Source: an uncultured Poribacteria bacterium
GTDB taxonomy: Bacteria; Poribacteria; WGA-4E; WGA-3G
Assembly (NCBI GenBank): GCA_958296135.2
Contig: CATQHZ020000001.1
Location: 256,001 to 320,000 of the forward strand
Length of the DNA stretch: 64,000 nt
Direction: 5' to 3'
The translations under genes and the position numbers were made by a program. The stretch's first letter is position 1; each line of letters starts with the position of its first letter. This document shows, one piece after another, positions 11,301 to 19,095 of this stretch. The notes under the pieces were generated by a model. It did no database searches and had not been told where the DNA came from. It worked only from the letters and a program-made list of their open reading frames with translations.

Positions 11301-12538
11301 ATGTGCTTCTGCTGCGCTGCGGGAAGCCACTGACCCTGACCATTTACCTCCCACTTACCGGAACGGGCATTATGCCACATACTGTCGTCAAGATAGATGC
11401 CATCGAACACCCGATCTCCCACTTGCACGGTGTATTGGAAGGTGAGCATTGCATCTCCAGTCAGATCCGCATTGGTGAGTGTAAACAGCGTTTCCGGTCC
11501 GCTTCCGGTTCCGGTTTTGAACGACTGGTGCGTCTTCAGCGTCACACCTGCGTCGGCAATGACGTTTTCATCAAACGTCATCCGAATTTGCATGACATCG
11601 CCTGCCCTGTAATAGCCGACGGTCGGACTATTCGCCAAAGTCACAGGGTTAGCCCCGGTAGGAAGGGCCCAGCCATCAGTTCCCACCAAATCGCAGTATC
11701 CCGTGTACTCGGCACCGTAGTGATTGTGATAGCGGAGACAATCTTGGCGCACCTTGTGATAGCGGGACTTGCCGGTCTGGGGCGCGGTACCAGGAACAAA
11801 CTGCACCGCGTAAGTGCTTGTCGATGCATCTGTTGTTATCAGTGCCGGGCGCTTCCCGTACACTACGGGATAATTGACACCTGTAGTGTCAAACGCGATC
11901 GTCCCTTGATTCTGCACTGGCCATCGGTTATTAGAAAAAGGGGTAGCCGTTGTTGAAGACTCAAGCCACCCACCGTCGGTATCAATGTCGCCATTCTTCA
12001 CCTCATAGACGTAGACAGCGGTAGCATTTGCAAGTACTGGACTGAGCCAACTCTGTGAGCTGCCTTCCAAGTAGACGTTAGGAGTCGGTGACTGTTTAAT
12101 CCCGCCTGGGTTATTTGTCAGATCCGTTGGTACTGCCAACCCGGCCGCATCAAAACCAGGGAAGTTTAACGTTGCGAACCAGATCCTTACATTCTGTAGA
12201 TGAAGCGCAATCGCGATGATATCCCCCGCACGCGCCGTGACTGGGGTTGCGCTATCGTGGTCGTTGGAGTCAGTAATCTCGGTACCGCCGCTCAGCGTGC
12301 CGTGGCTCGTACCGAGTTTCGCGTACGGCCCCCCCCACACGGTACCCCGTATCGGCGTATGCGACGACACCTCGGTTGGATAGTTAGCATCGGCGATGCT
12401 GGTTACCATATCTGGGTTCACGTAGATTTTAATGCCAGCTACTGATTCTACGGCTTGTGCGTCTATCGGTATGCCGAGCATCGAAACTATCCCGACGACG
12501 AGCAGCAAACATAAGAAAAAAATGGAATGCCTTTTCAT
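8372..12538 (-). CDS. Large secreted protein: signal peptide, Ig-like repeats, two lamin-tail domains, C-terminal LPVELSSF...TTFGALK module
   Basis: Start MKRHSIFFLCLLLVVG (signal peptide) after a GAGGAG RBS. LTD motifs IVFNE...DWLELRN and ISEIM...QWIELYN, TPGY repeats, GGALPVELSSF tail. Confidence 0.85.
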   Translation of the reverse strand: MKRHSIFFLCLLLVVGIVSMLGIPIDAQAVESVAGIKIYVNPDMVTSIADANYPTEVSSHTPIRGTVWGGPYAKLGTSHGTLSGGTEITDSNDHDSATPVTARAGDIIAIALHLQNVRIWFATLNFPGFDAAGLAVPTDLTNNPGGIKQSPTPNVYLEGSSQSWLSPVLANATAVYVYEVKNGDIDTDGGWLESSTTATPFSNNRWPVQNQGTIAFDTTGVNYPVVYGKRPALITTDASTSTYAVQFVPGTAPQTGKSRYHKVRQDCLRYHNHYGAEYTGYCDLVGTDGWALPTGANPVTLANSPTVGYYRAGDVMQIRMTFDENVIADAGVTLKTHQSFKTGTGSGPETLFTLTNADLTGDAMLTFQYTVQVGDRVFDGIYLDDSMWHNARSGKWEVNGQGQWLPAAQQKHIKNAAGYTFDYGTWFQHDIELEFRRFLIQDDSIDNTWQGPNNWRTITSYRSWERPLPLAGAKAAAYAQAVVRHLVDTLPPTVWIPGLIKNGETHTEDRLNAIVNLDSSASGLPVTDFAAGTTESVSQGGAFEVEFRFTNHHSETGAIAEEIGTTFGAEDIVFSDADGNSLDWTVDAPVYIGLDHRALQNYSGDAGHSPGDAKNSASFLVYKARITPAAGFRGDVTIQVPAGATQDIAGNGNLVSNTLTVPVDSVVGTPEIVAPPAGVYTAGDKIEVSVTYTQENLRYEGANLPYLVVYLGEQVLANARHAVWTAAEDTNSTKVTFAYTVAATDTVAETVRAPSVEIQVPEGTTLLSEQQRQSGTAVPAMGSGAAPASVPAAAPGGSPVVRETPVIPFVPFFPEETSPKAAASEVPRSPIVFNEFGNGSGAANDWLELRNVTGSAVSLKDYELSVVADGEKEDTSLVVFADVSVPANGLLLLVSTSPDKTSLAGGDDIATSDVEHKGSPHQYLVASGLALPDDGQFLLILRNAKEKLGMNEAFVDVAGGGGSDTDAFVREQTGDYDTYVWPLQVLQAPGGDTEGALGSGKVWQRAKADIVGYHKDAWAEAAFTGIGYDRNVSKSAATAGTPGYPNGAVKTAAATPKGSITISEIMFDSGDRRLPQWIELYNKSKTEALNLNRWELEFQNVDSEDLVGRPIVALTLQEKVIQPNQTLLIVAGPARASSADVFPADRVYNLLALHQRNLRIKRAQDTFLSAEGFYLKLTDSNGNLVDEVGNTDGNRRTKDAPAWALPVSAEEGVRSSLIRRYDNGVARKGKERASWALAANVKRLAVSDLHYGHAEDIGTPGYRAGGALPVELSSFTVARTEAGAVVVTWTTESEVDNAGFNLRRSEKRDSGFTLLNAALIAGAGTTGERQTYTFTDTSAKPGVEYYYQIEEVAFDGRPATLAMRMLRGPVSAANRMLTTFGALKKQAK

Positions 12539-12582
12539 AGGAAAATTCTCCTCTTGGAAAAATGAAATAAAATGAATAGGGG

Positions 12583-12611
12583 GTTTCCGCCGCACCGATT
12601 GCGGCGGAAAC
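12583..12611 (-). terminator. Leader hairpin (putative attenuator) about 45 nt upstream of the LTD gene start
   Basis: Minus strand GTTTCCGCCGCA-atcgg-TGCGGCGGAAAC, followed by CCCC and a U-rich tract. Confidence 0.55.
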
Positions 12612-12964
12612 ATGAAGAGTAGGAGGGACATCGGGTCCCGATAATACCGTCTCCGCCCCACCGATTGCAGTGGAGCGCAGCAGGTGTCGCAGTCTCGGAG
12701 AAAACAGGGTAACCGTGGGCGAATGCCCACGGCTATCCTGCCCCTTTATATCCCTAGTGGGGACAGAAATTTCCCCGGAACAACGCTGGTGGCCCTCGAC
12801 GTTGCAGCCATCGGTGCAACGCGAAGAGCCCCGTGGCAGCCGCGTCCACGCGAACGTGAGCGGTTGCCACGGAGCAATGTGAGTCGCGCGCATGCACCGC
12901 GCGGTTTTTTATGTTGGAATTGCGAGCAAGGATATCCCCCCGGAGCCCCTTCCTGCCGAGTTTA

Positions 12965-13135
12965 TCAAGGGTTAACCGGTGTAAAGTGAAGGGGGGGGGT
13001 AATCCGGTCTAGGGCATCATCAACGGGAGGCGCAAACGCAAACGTGGATACGGCGCGCAGCCGCGGTGGCTGCTGCGTCGCTTTCACAGATATCTGCAGG
13101 CGAATCGGGTGATCCGCGCGGAATAGAGTGTTCAC
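12965..13135 (-). CDS. Putative 56-aa leader peptide (uORF) containing a C9 homopolymer
   Basis: AAGGAG RBS, then GTG AAC ACT... reading MNTLFRADHP...RITPPLHFTPVNP*. Lies just downstream of a consensus promoter. Coordinates are approximate. Confidence 0.45.
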   Translation of the reverse strand: MNTLFRADHPIRLQISVKATQQPPRLRAVSTFAFAPPVDDALDRITPPLHFTPVNP

Positions 13136-13192
13136 GTTCGTGCTCCTTTATTAGTTGCGTTAAATTTCGTGCCCTAAATTAATGACATAAAT

Positions 13193-13221
13193 ATTATACC
13201 ACATTTTTGCGCGATTGTCAA
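13193..13221 (-). promoter_or_regulatory. Sigma70 promoter for the LTD gene leader
   Basis: Minus strand TTGACA-17 nt-TATAAT, perfect consensus. Confidence 0.8.
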
Positions 13222-13304
13222 ATTAAAAATGTGAATTCTTTTAGATGCTATCATTTTTTAACGTTTTTGTCAAGGTTTAGGTTACAACATCCAGGTCCAG
13301 AGCG

Positions 13305-13715
13305 GCCCTTTTCACCGTAGCGCGAGGGAAAACCCGGCGATCGCGAATCGCCGAGGGGTCCCCTCGCGAAGCTCTTATTAACCGTAGCGCGAGGGCCGTC
13401 ACGGTCACGCCTACAGAAAACGTGCGTGTGTCGCCCCGCGTAAGCACGCTACCTTTAACTTTGTCATCTCTGCCGCCTCGCTGCAGAGATGTCCACTGTC
13501 CCTCGCGATCTCTCGACCTACATCAAAATCGCCGAAACCCAGTACACCGCTATCTCCTCTTCAGACCGCGGCCTGGCGCGGCACAGGACCGCGCCCTACG
13601 GACTAAGGGGCTTTTCACCGCGGCCTGGCGCAGCACAGGACCGCGCCCTACGGACTAAGGGGCCTTTTCACCGCGGCCTGGCGCGGCACCGGCCCGCGCC
13701 CTACGGACGAAGGGC
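13305..13715. repeat. REP-like cluster (family A) with nested loop inserts
   Basis: Same units as 7545-8360. 13396-13506 is near-identical to 44354-44464. Confidence 0.9.
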
Positions 13716-13745
13716 ATTTTAACTGACTGAGCGAAAAATATCCTC

Positions 13746-13774
13746 TTGATTTCCACGTTGCAATCAGGTATAAT
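13746..13774 (+). promoter_or_regulatory. Sigma70 promoter for the paralog array
   Basis: TTGATT-17 nt-TATAAT. Confidence 0.65.
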
Positions 13775-13825
13775 AAAATTGTTTAACTTCCAGAGTGCGT
13801 GAGGCATACGTAAAATGAAAATGAA

Positions 13826-13924
13826 GAGGTGCAGTGCTTGCACATAGATATCAATCCCTACCAGTTCTCGCAGTGTGACAAAATCCTCGGCATCCTCGCC
13901 TGCATGGTGGCACAAAAAGTCTGA
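13826..13924 (+). pseudogene. 3'-terminal remnant of a fourth array paralog
   Basis: Encodes EVQCLHIDINPYQFSQCDKILGILACMVAQKV*, nearly identical to the C-terminus of 13940-14545. Confidence 0.8.
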
Positions 13925-13939
13925 TTTGGAGATGAACCC

Positions 13940-14545
13940 ATGGCGTACAGCAATTTTACCTTAGAGTCGGTGGAAGCAGCGTTTCAGTTAGAAGTCGTTG
14001 AGTCGGCAGGCCTCTTTGCCGCCACAGTCCCTGTCGCTCCGAGTCCCCATCTCACCACGGCGTTGGCGAAGAAGACTGCATTAGCCACCGCTATTGGCAC
14101 CGAGAAAGCCCGGTCGGAACTCATTGTCGCCGACATTCTCGTCGAACTGCGGGAACATTTTGATTGCCGCATCAGTTTCTTTTCCGGCATCGACTTCAAC
14201 GTGGATGCGGCCAACGAACTCACCGGTGTCTGCGATTTCTTAGTGAGTCTGTCGCCGAGGCAATCGCTTTTAAAGGCACCCGTCATCGCCCTGGTGGAAG
14301 CGAAGAATGTTGACGTGAGACAAGGACAAGGGCAATGTGTTGCAGAGATGATTGCCGCCCAACGCTTTAATGCCGAGAGAGGCAATGACATCCCGCGCAT
14401 TTACGGGGCTTCCACTACCGGCACCGAGTGGCTGTTCCTCAAATTAGAGGCGCAGTCCCTGCACATAGATATCAATCCCTACCAGCTCTCGCAGTGTGAC
14501 AAAATCCTCGGCATCCTCGCCGCCATGGTAGAACAAAAAGCATGA
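13940..14545 (+). CDS. PD-(D/E)XK-like nuclease-fold protein (HsdR_N-like, MAYSNFTL family), copy 1
   Basis: EKARSELIV, GVCDFL...VEAK, GQCVAEMIAAQ, IYGA.TTG..W.F; 201 aa; GGAG RBS. Confidence 0.7.
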   Translation: MAYSNFTLESVEAAFQLEVVESAGLFAATVPVAPSPHLTTALAKKTALATAIGTEKARSELIVADILVELREHFDCRISFFSGIDFNVDAANELTGVCDFLVSLSPRQSLLKAPVIALVEAKNVDVRQGQGQCVAEMIAAQRFNAERGNDIPRIYGASTTGTEWLFLKLEAQSLHIDINPYQLSQCDKILGILAAMVEQKA

Positions 14546-14571
14546 CAAGTCAGAGGCGGTGAATAGGATTT

Positions 14572-14602
14572 CCGCTGTCACCGCTGTCACCGCTGTCACC
14601 GC
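14572..14602. repeat. 9-bp tandem repeat (CCGCTGTCA) x3.4
   Basis: ccgctgtca ccgctgtca ccgctgtca ccgc, directly upstream of the copy 2 RBS. Confidence 0.9.
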
Positions 14603-14619
14603 AGCAAAAGGATTTCATC

Positions 14620-15225
14620 ATGGCGTACAGCAACTTTACCCTAGAAACCGCGCGGAAGACGTTTCACCTTGAAGAAACTCAGTCTATCGGCATCTTTGCC
14701 GACATAGAGCCCGTGACACCGCGTGCCCACTTTATCACAGAGTTCGCGGATAGAGTGGCAATAGCCGCCGCGATAAACACCGAGAAGGCAAAGTCGGAAC
14801 TCCTTGTCGCCGAAGTGCTGTTTGAACTCCGCGCGCACTGCACCCGGCAGATTAGTTTTTTTTCGGGGATTGACTTCAACGTCAATGCGGACGATGAGCT
14901 CACCGGTGTCTGCGACTTTCTCGTGAGTCTGTCGCCGAACCAATTTGATTTAGAAGCACCTGTCATCATTCTTGTAGAGGCAAAGAGGGATGCACCGGCA
15001 TTCGGCCTGGGGCAGTGTGTGGCGGAGATGATTGCCGCCCAACGCTTTAATACCGAGAGAGGCAATGACATCCCCCGCATTTATGGTGCCGCCACCACCG
15101 GCACCGAGTGGCTCTTCCTCAAATTGGAGGAACGGCACCTGCAAATTGACAGGGATATCTACCACATCAAGCAGTGCGGCGCAATCCTCGGCATCCTCGC
15201 CCGCATGGTGGAACAAAAAGCGTGA
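14620..15225 (+). CDS. PD-(D/E)XK-like nuclease-fold protein, copy 2
   Basis: Colinear 201-aa paralog with the same motifs. Confidence 0.7.
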   Translation: MAYSNFTLETARKTFHLEETQSIGIFADIEPVTPRAHFITEFADRVAIAAAINTEKAKSELLVAEVLFELRAHCTRQISFFSGIDFNVNADDELTGVCDFLVSLSPNQFDLEAPVIILVEAKRDAPAFGLGQCVAEMIAAQRFNTERGNDIPRIYGAATTGTEWLFLKLEERHLQIDRDIYHIKQCGAILGILARMVEQKA

Positions 15226-15296
15226 GTCAATCGGCGACACGCTGAAGGCAACGAATGGCGGCTACGATTGCCGCAGGAACAGCGAGGTGATTTCAG

Positions 15297-15902
15297 ATGG
15301 CCTATAGCAGCTTTACGTTAGATTCGGCAGTGAAAGCGTTTCACCTAGAAATCGTTGAATCCGCCGACCTTTTTCAGCAAATAGAGCCAATAGTACCGCG
15401 GCCCCATTTTATAACGGAACTGGCGAAAAAGGCCAAGGTCGCGGCCGCCATCGGCACAGAAAAGGCGAAGTCCGAACTCATTGTCGCCAGCGTGCTGTTT
15501 GAACTCCTCGAGAACACTGATTACTGCATCAGTCTGTTTTCGGGGATTGAATTCAACGTCGATGCCCAAAGTGGTTTGAGCGGCGTGTGTGATTTTCTCG
15601 TCAGTTTGTCGCCGGTGCAATATCTCTTACAGGCACCTATTATTGCCCTCGTTGAAGCGAAGAAAGATAATGTGAGAGATGGGCTCGGGCAGTGCATCGC
15701 CGAAATGGTGGCCGCCCAACGCTTTAACACGGAAATGGAGAATGACATCCCCCGTGTTTATGGTGCTGCCACGACAGGCAGAGATTGGCAATTCCTCAGA
15801 TTGGCGGGAAGGAAGTTGCACCTGGATAGGGAGATTTACCAGGTCTCGCAGTGTGACAAAATCCTCGGCATCCTCGCCGCCATGGTAAAACAAAAAGTCT
15901 GA
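15297..15902 (+). CDS. PD-(D/E)XK-like nuclease-fold protein, copy 3
   Basis: Colinear 201-aa paralog with the same motifs. Confidence 0.7.
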   Translation: MAYSSFTLDSAVKAFHLEIVESADLFQQIEPIVPRPHFITELAKKAKVAAAIGTEKAKSELIVASVLFELLENTDYCISLFSGIEFNVDAQSGLSGVCDFLVSLSPVQYLLQAPIIALVEAKKDNVRDGLGQCIAEMVAAQRFNTEMENDIPRVYGAATTGRDWQFLRLAGRKLHLDREIYQVSQCDKILGILAAMVKQKV

Positions 15903-15903
15903 T

Positions 15904-16020
15904 ATTGAATTCAACGTCGATGCCCAAAGTGGTTTGAGCGGCGTGTGTGATTTTCTCGTCAGTTTGTCGCCGGTGCAATATCTCTTACAGGCACCTATTA
16001 TTGCCCTCGTTGAAGCGAAG
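15904..16020 (+). pseudogene. Exact 117-bp duplicate of the internal segment 15546-15662 of copy 3
   Basis: attgaattcaacgtcgatgccc...gttgaagcgaag is identical at an offset of 358 bp. Confidence 0.9.
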
Positions 16021-16087
16021 CCGGGTGTTGCGTATTACTATCAGATCGAGGAAGTGGCGTTTGATGGGCGGCGACGTTGGCGATGCG
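16015..16087 (+). pseudogene. Remnant of the 3' end of an LTD-protein paralog
   Basis: Encodes AKPGVAYYYQIEEVAFDGR. Inverted homolog of 8448-8524 with mostly synonymous differences and a 4-nt deletion. Confidence 0.8.
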
Positions 16088-16672
16088 GCGGTGAAAAGGC
16101 CCCTTAGTCCGTAGGGCGCGGTCCTGTGCTGCGCCGTGCGATGGTGAAAGGGCCCCTTAGTCCGTAGGGCGCGGTCCTGTGCTGCGCCGTGCCTTGCGCG
16201 AACGATTTCTGGCGCGATGGTAAAAAGGGGTCTTTCTTGTCGCGTGAACGCTCGCGAGGGCCAGGCCCTCGCGCTACGGTTAAAAGGGCCCGTCAGTAAA
16301 AATGCCTTAGTCCGTAGGGCGCGGTCCTGTGCTGCGCCATGCTTCGGTCTATCAAGGGGCTTCGCGAGGGCCAGGCCCTCGCGCTACGGTGAAAAGGGCC
16401 CGTCAGTAAAAATGCCCCTTAGTCCGTAGAGCGCGGTCTTGTGCCTCGCCATGCCTCGGTCTATCAAGGGGCTTCGCGAGGGACATGTTTTCCCTCGCGC
16501 GATGGTGAAATGGGCGGTTTCGTGTGGTTCGGACGCTCGCGAGGGGAACCCTCGGCGATTAGTGATCGCCGGGCCCTCGCGCTACGGTGAAAAGGGCCCG
16601 TCAGTTAAAATGCGCCTTCGTCCGTAGGGCGAGGGCCGTTACGCCGAAACTTTGTCATCTCTGCAGCGAGGC
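16088..16672. repeat. REP-like cluster (family A)
   Basis: Repeated CCGTAGGGCGCGGTCCTGTGCTGCGCC and CGCGAGGGCCAGGCCCTCGCGCTACGG; largely inverted relative to 7545-8360. Confidence 0.9.
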
Positions 16673-16712
16673 TGTGGAACAAAAGGCGTGATAGCACGAA
16701 TTGAAAATAAAT

Positions 16713-16741
16713 TTGCAATTCCCACACAAATAGGGTATAAT
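16713..16741 (+). promoter_or_regulatory. Sigma70 promoter of the pyr operon
   Basis: TTGCAA-17 nt-TATAAT. Confidence 0.7.
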
Positions 16742-16852
16742 TAGAGGAATAAGGATGGATGCGTTTTATCACGCTTCAGTTTCGCAGCGCAGCAGATGTG
16801 ACATACGGCGCAATCGCGTCAGAAACCTCACAATGCTGAGTCATCCAAATGA

Positions 16853-16886
16853 CCTTTTTAATCCCATCCGGAGAGGTGGAAAAAGG
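16853..16886 (+). ncRNA. PyrR-binding RNA element
   Basis: CCTTTTTAATCCCATCCGGAGAGGTGGAAAAAGG matches the PyrR site pattern (CCUUUAA...UCC-GNGA-GG...AAGG) and lies upstream of pyrR. Confidence 0.75.
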
Positions 16887-17076
16887 ATGTTCAGTCACAC
16901 TTCGGGAGCCGGAGCTCCTTCGCATTGCCAGCCAAACGTGCGCGCTGCCCTCGCGCATCACCCGAAATCGCACGCGTGCAGCAGCGCGCCGCGCACCATT
17001 GCATCCAAACCCACCACCTTTCAAAAGGGTATGTGCTGGCACGCCGCCGCTATTGAACAGAAACCTACCCAATTCT

Positions 17077-17113
17077 GCCTTTCTCATCGCTTTTTGATGA
17101 GGGAGGCTTTTTT
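17077..17113 (+). terminator. Attenuator terminator of the pyr leader
   Basis: GCCTTTCTCATC/GATGAGGGAGGC stem followed by T6. The 3' arm contains the pyrR SD (GGAGG). Confidence 0.8.
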
Positions 17114-17115
17114 AC

Positions 17116-17664
17116 GTGGACAAACAGATGCACGAAAAAGCACAAGTCATGAACGCCGAAGACATCCGGCGCGCCTTAATGAGAATCGCCCATGAAATCT
17201 TGGAGCGGAATCACCAGCACATCGCCGATTTGGTGCTGGTAGGCGTGAAAAGCCGCGGGGACATCCTCGCGCACCGAATCGCGGCGAACCTCGAACGAAT
17301 CGAAAACGTGGACATCGCCGTCGGCGCGATTGATGTCACACTCTATCGTGACGACATCAACCTCCACGAAACGCAGATTCGGGTGAACAGCACGGAATTG
17401 CCCTTTGACATCACCGGCAAACGAGTCATTCTCGTAGATGAAGTGCTTTATACGGGACGCACGACTCGCGCCGCCATGGACGCACTCATGGACTTCGGCC
17501 GCCCCGCCGCCATACAACTCGCCGCACTCGTCGATAGAGGACACCGAGAACTGCCCATCTCCGCGGATTACATCGGCAAAAACGTACCGACTGCCCGCAA
17601 AGAGTTCGTTCGAGTGCAACTCGTTGAAGAACACGGCGTAGATTCCGCCATGATTTGCGAATAG
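17116..17664 (+). CDS. pyrR: Pyrimidine operon attenuation protein/uracil phosphoribosyltransferase
   Basis: [47 protein letters not shown]; GTG start. Confidence 0.97.
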   Translation: MDKQMHEKAQVMNAEDIRRALMRIAHEILERNHQHIADLVLVGVKSRGDILAHRIAANLERIENVDIAVGAIDVTLYRDDINLHETQIRVNSTELPFDITGKRVILVDEVLYTGRTTRAAMDALMDFGRPAAIQLAALVDRGHRELPISADYIGKNVPTARKEFVRVQLVEEHGVDSAMICE

Positions 17665-17674
17665 GAACAACAAA

Positions 17675-18982
17675 ATGCTTATCCACAACGGACGCATCAT
17701 CGATGCCGCCAACAACATTGATGAAATCGGCGACATCCTTATCGTTGATGGAAAAATCGCGCAAGTCGGTGGCCAACCACCCACAGAGAAACGTCACTGC
17801 ACAGAGAAACGTCACTGCACAGAGAAACGTCACTGCACAGAGAAACGTCACTGCATTGACGCAACCGGTATGGTTGTCACACCGGGGTTAATTGATATGC
17901 ACGTCCACCTGCGCGAACCGGGATTTGAGCATAAAGAGACGATTGCCACCGGTACGGACGCAGCCCGCGCGGGCGGGTTCACCTCTGTCGCCTGCATGGC
18001 GAATACGTCCCCGGTGACAGATTCACCCGAACGGATTCGGCATCTCCACAGCATCGTGCAAAAGCGTGCGACAGCGAACGTCTTCCCGGTGGGGAGCATC
18101 ACGAAAAATCTCGCCGGCGAGGCGTTAACCGACATCCGCGGCATGCTTGCCGCCGGGGCCGTCGGCATCAGCGATGATGGCGTTACCGTCATGAACGCCG
18201 AGCTCATGCGCAAGGCGTTGGAACTGAGCGCGGAACTCAATTTCCCTGTCCTAGTCCACTGCGAAGAGCATCACCTCAACGCCGGTGCCGTGATGAACCT
18301 AGGAGAGACATCAAAAAAACTGAAGTTAAAGGGAAGTCCAAACGCCGCCGAGGACATCATCGTCGCGCGCGACATTCTACTGGCGGAGCTGACCGGCGGA
18401 CATGTCCACATCCTGCATGTCAGCACAGCAGGCGCAGTTGAACTCGTGCGGCAAGGAAAACAGCGCGGCGTGCATGTCACAGCCGAAGCATGCCCACACC
18501 ACTGGCTCCTCACCGATGCAGAAGTGGAAAAACAGGGAACGAACGCCAAGATGCACCCGCCCCTGCGCACGCAAACCGATAGTGACGCAGTGATTGAAGG
18601 GCTACGCGACGGCACAATCGATGCGATTGCAACAGACCACGCCCCGCACACACCCGAAGAAAAGGCACTCGGCATGGAAGAAGCACCCAACGGGATTATC
18701 GGTTTGGAAACGTGTGTGCCGCTCGTTTTAACGCATCTCGTTGATGCAGGACATCTCACGTTATCGGAGGCGATTGCGAAACTTACCTGCATCCCTGCGA
18801 AGATCCTCGGTATCGAACGGGGCACGCTTTCCATCGGTGCAGTAGCGGATGTTACCATCATCGATCTGGATAAAGTCGCAAAAGTGGACACAGCGACATC
18901 CCGTTCCAAAAGCCGAAATACACCTTTTGGAGGATGGGAATTGAAGGGGTGGCCCCAACTCACCCTCCGGGAAGGCAGATAG
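17675..18982 (+). CDS. pyrC: Dihydroorotase
   Basis: PGLIDMHVHLREPG, AKMHPPLR and ATDHAPH motifs. Confidence 0.95.
   Translation: MLIHNGRIIDAANNIDEIGDILIVDGKIAQVGGQPPTEKRHCTEKRHCTEKRHCTEKRHCIDATGMVVTPGLIDMHVHLREPGFEHKETIATGTDAARAGGFTSVACMANTSPVTDSPERIRHLHSIVQKRATANVFPVGSITKNLAGEALTDIRGMLAAGAVGISDDGVTVMNAELMRKALELSAELNFPVLVHCEEHHLNAGAVMNLGETSKKLKLKGSPNAAEDIIVARDILLAELTGGHVHILHVSTAGAVELVRQGKQRGVHVTAEACPHHWLLTDAEVEKQGTNAKMHPPLRTQTDSDAVIEGLRDGTIDAIATDHAPHTPEEKALGMEEAPNGIIGLETCVPLVLTHLVDAGHLTLSEAIAKLTCIPAKILGIERGTLSIGAVADVTIIDLDKVAKVDTATSRSKSRNTPFGGWELKGWPQLTLREGR
17783..17854 (+). repeat. In-frame 18-bp tandem repeat x4 (TEKRHC) in pyrC
   Basis: ACAGAGAAACGTCACTGC repeated four times perfectly. 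Confidence 0.97.
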
Positions 18983-19095
18983 GAGTCACCGTAAACTGAC
19001 CGCGGCCCCGTAGCGCGAGGGTTTCCCTCGCGACAGCTTCCCTGCGGCATGCAGCGCGAGGGCCGTCACGCCGAGAACAGCAGAAGGAACACTTT

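Noticed and set aside
16015-16087. DGR template/variable repeat pair with 8448-8524
   Set aside because: Differences are mostly synonymous third-position changes rather than adenine-specific, and there is no reverse transcriptase in the window.
16755-17195. 146-aa ORF upstream of pyrR
   Set aside because: It overlaps the PyrR site, the terminator and the pyrR start out of frame and has no protein motifs. A regulatory leader-translation role is not excluded.
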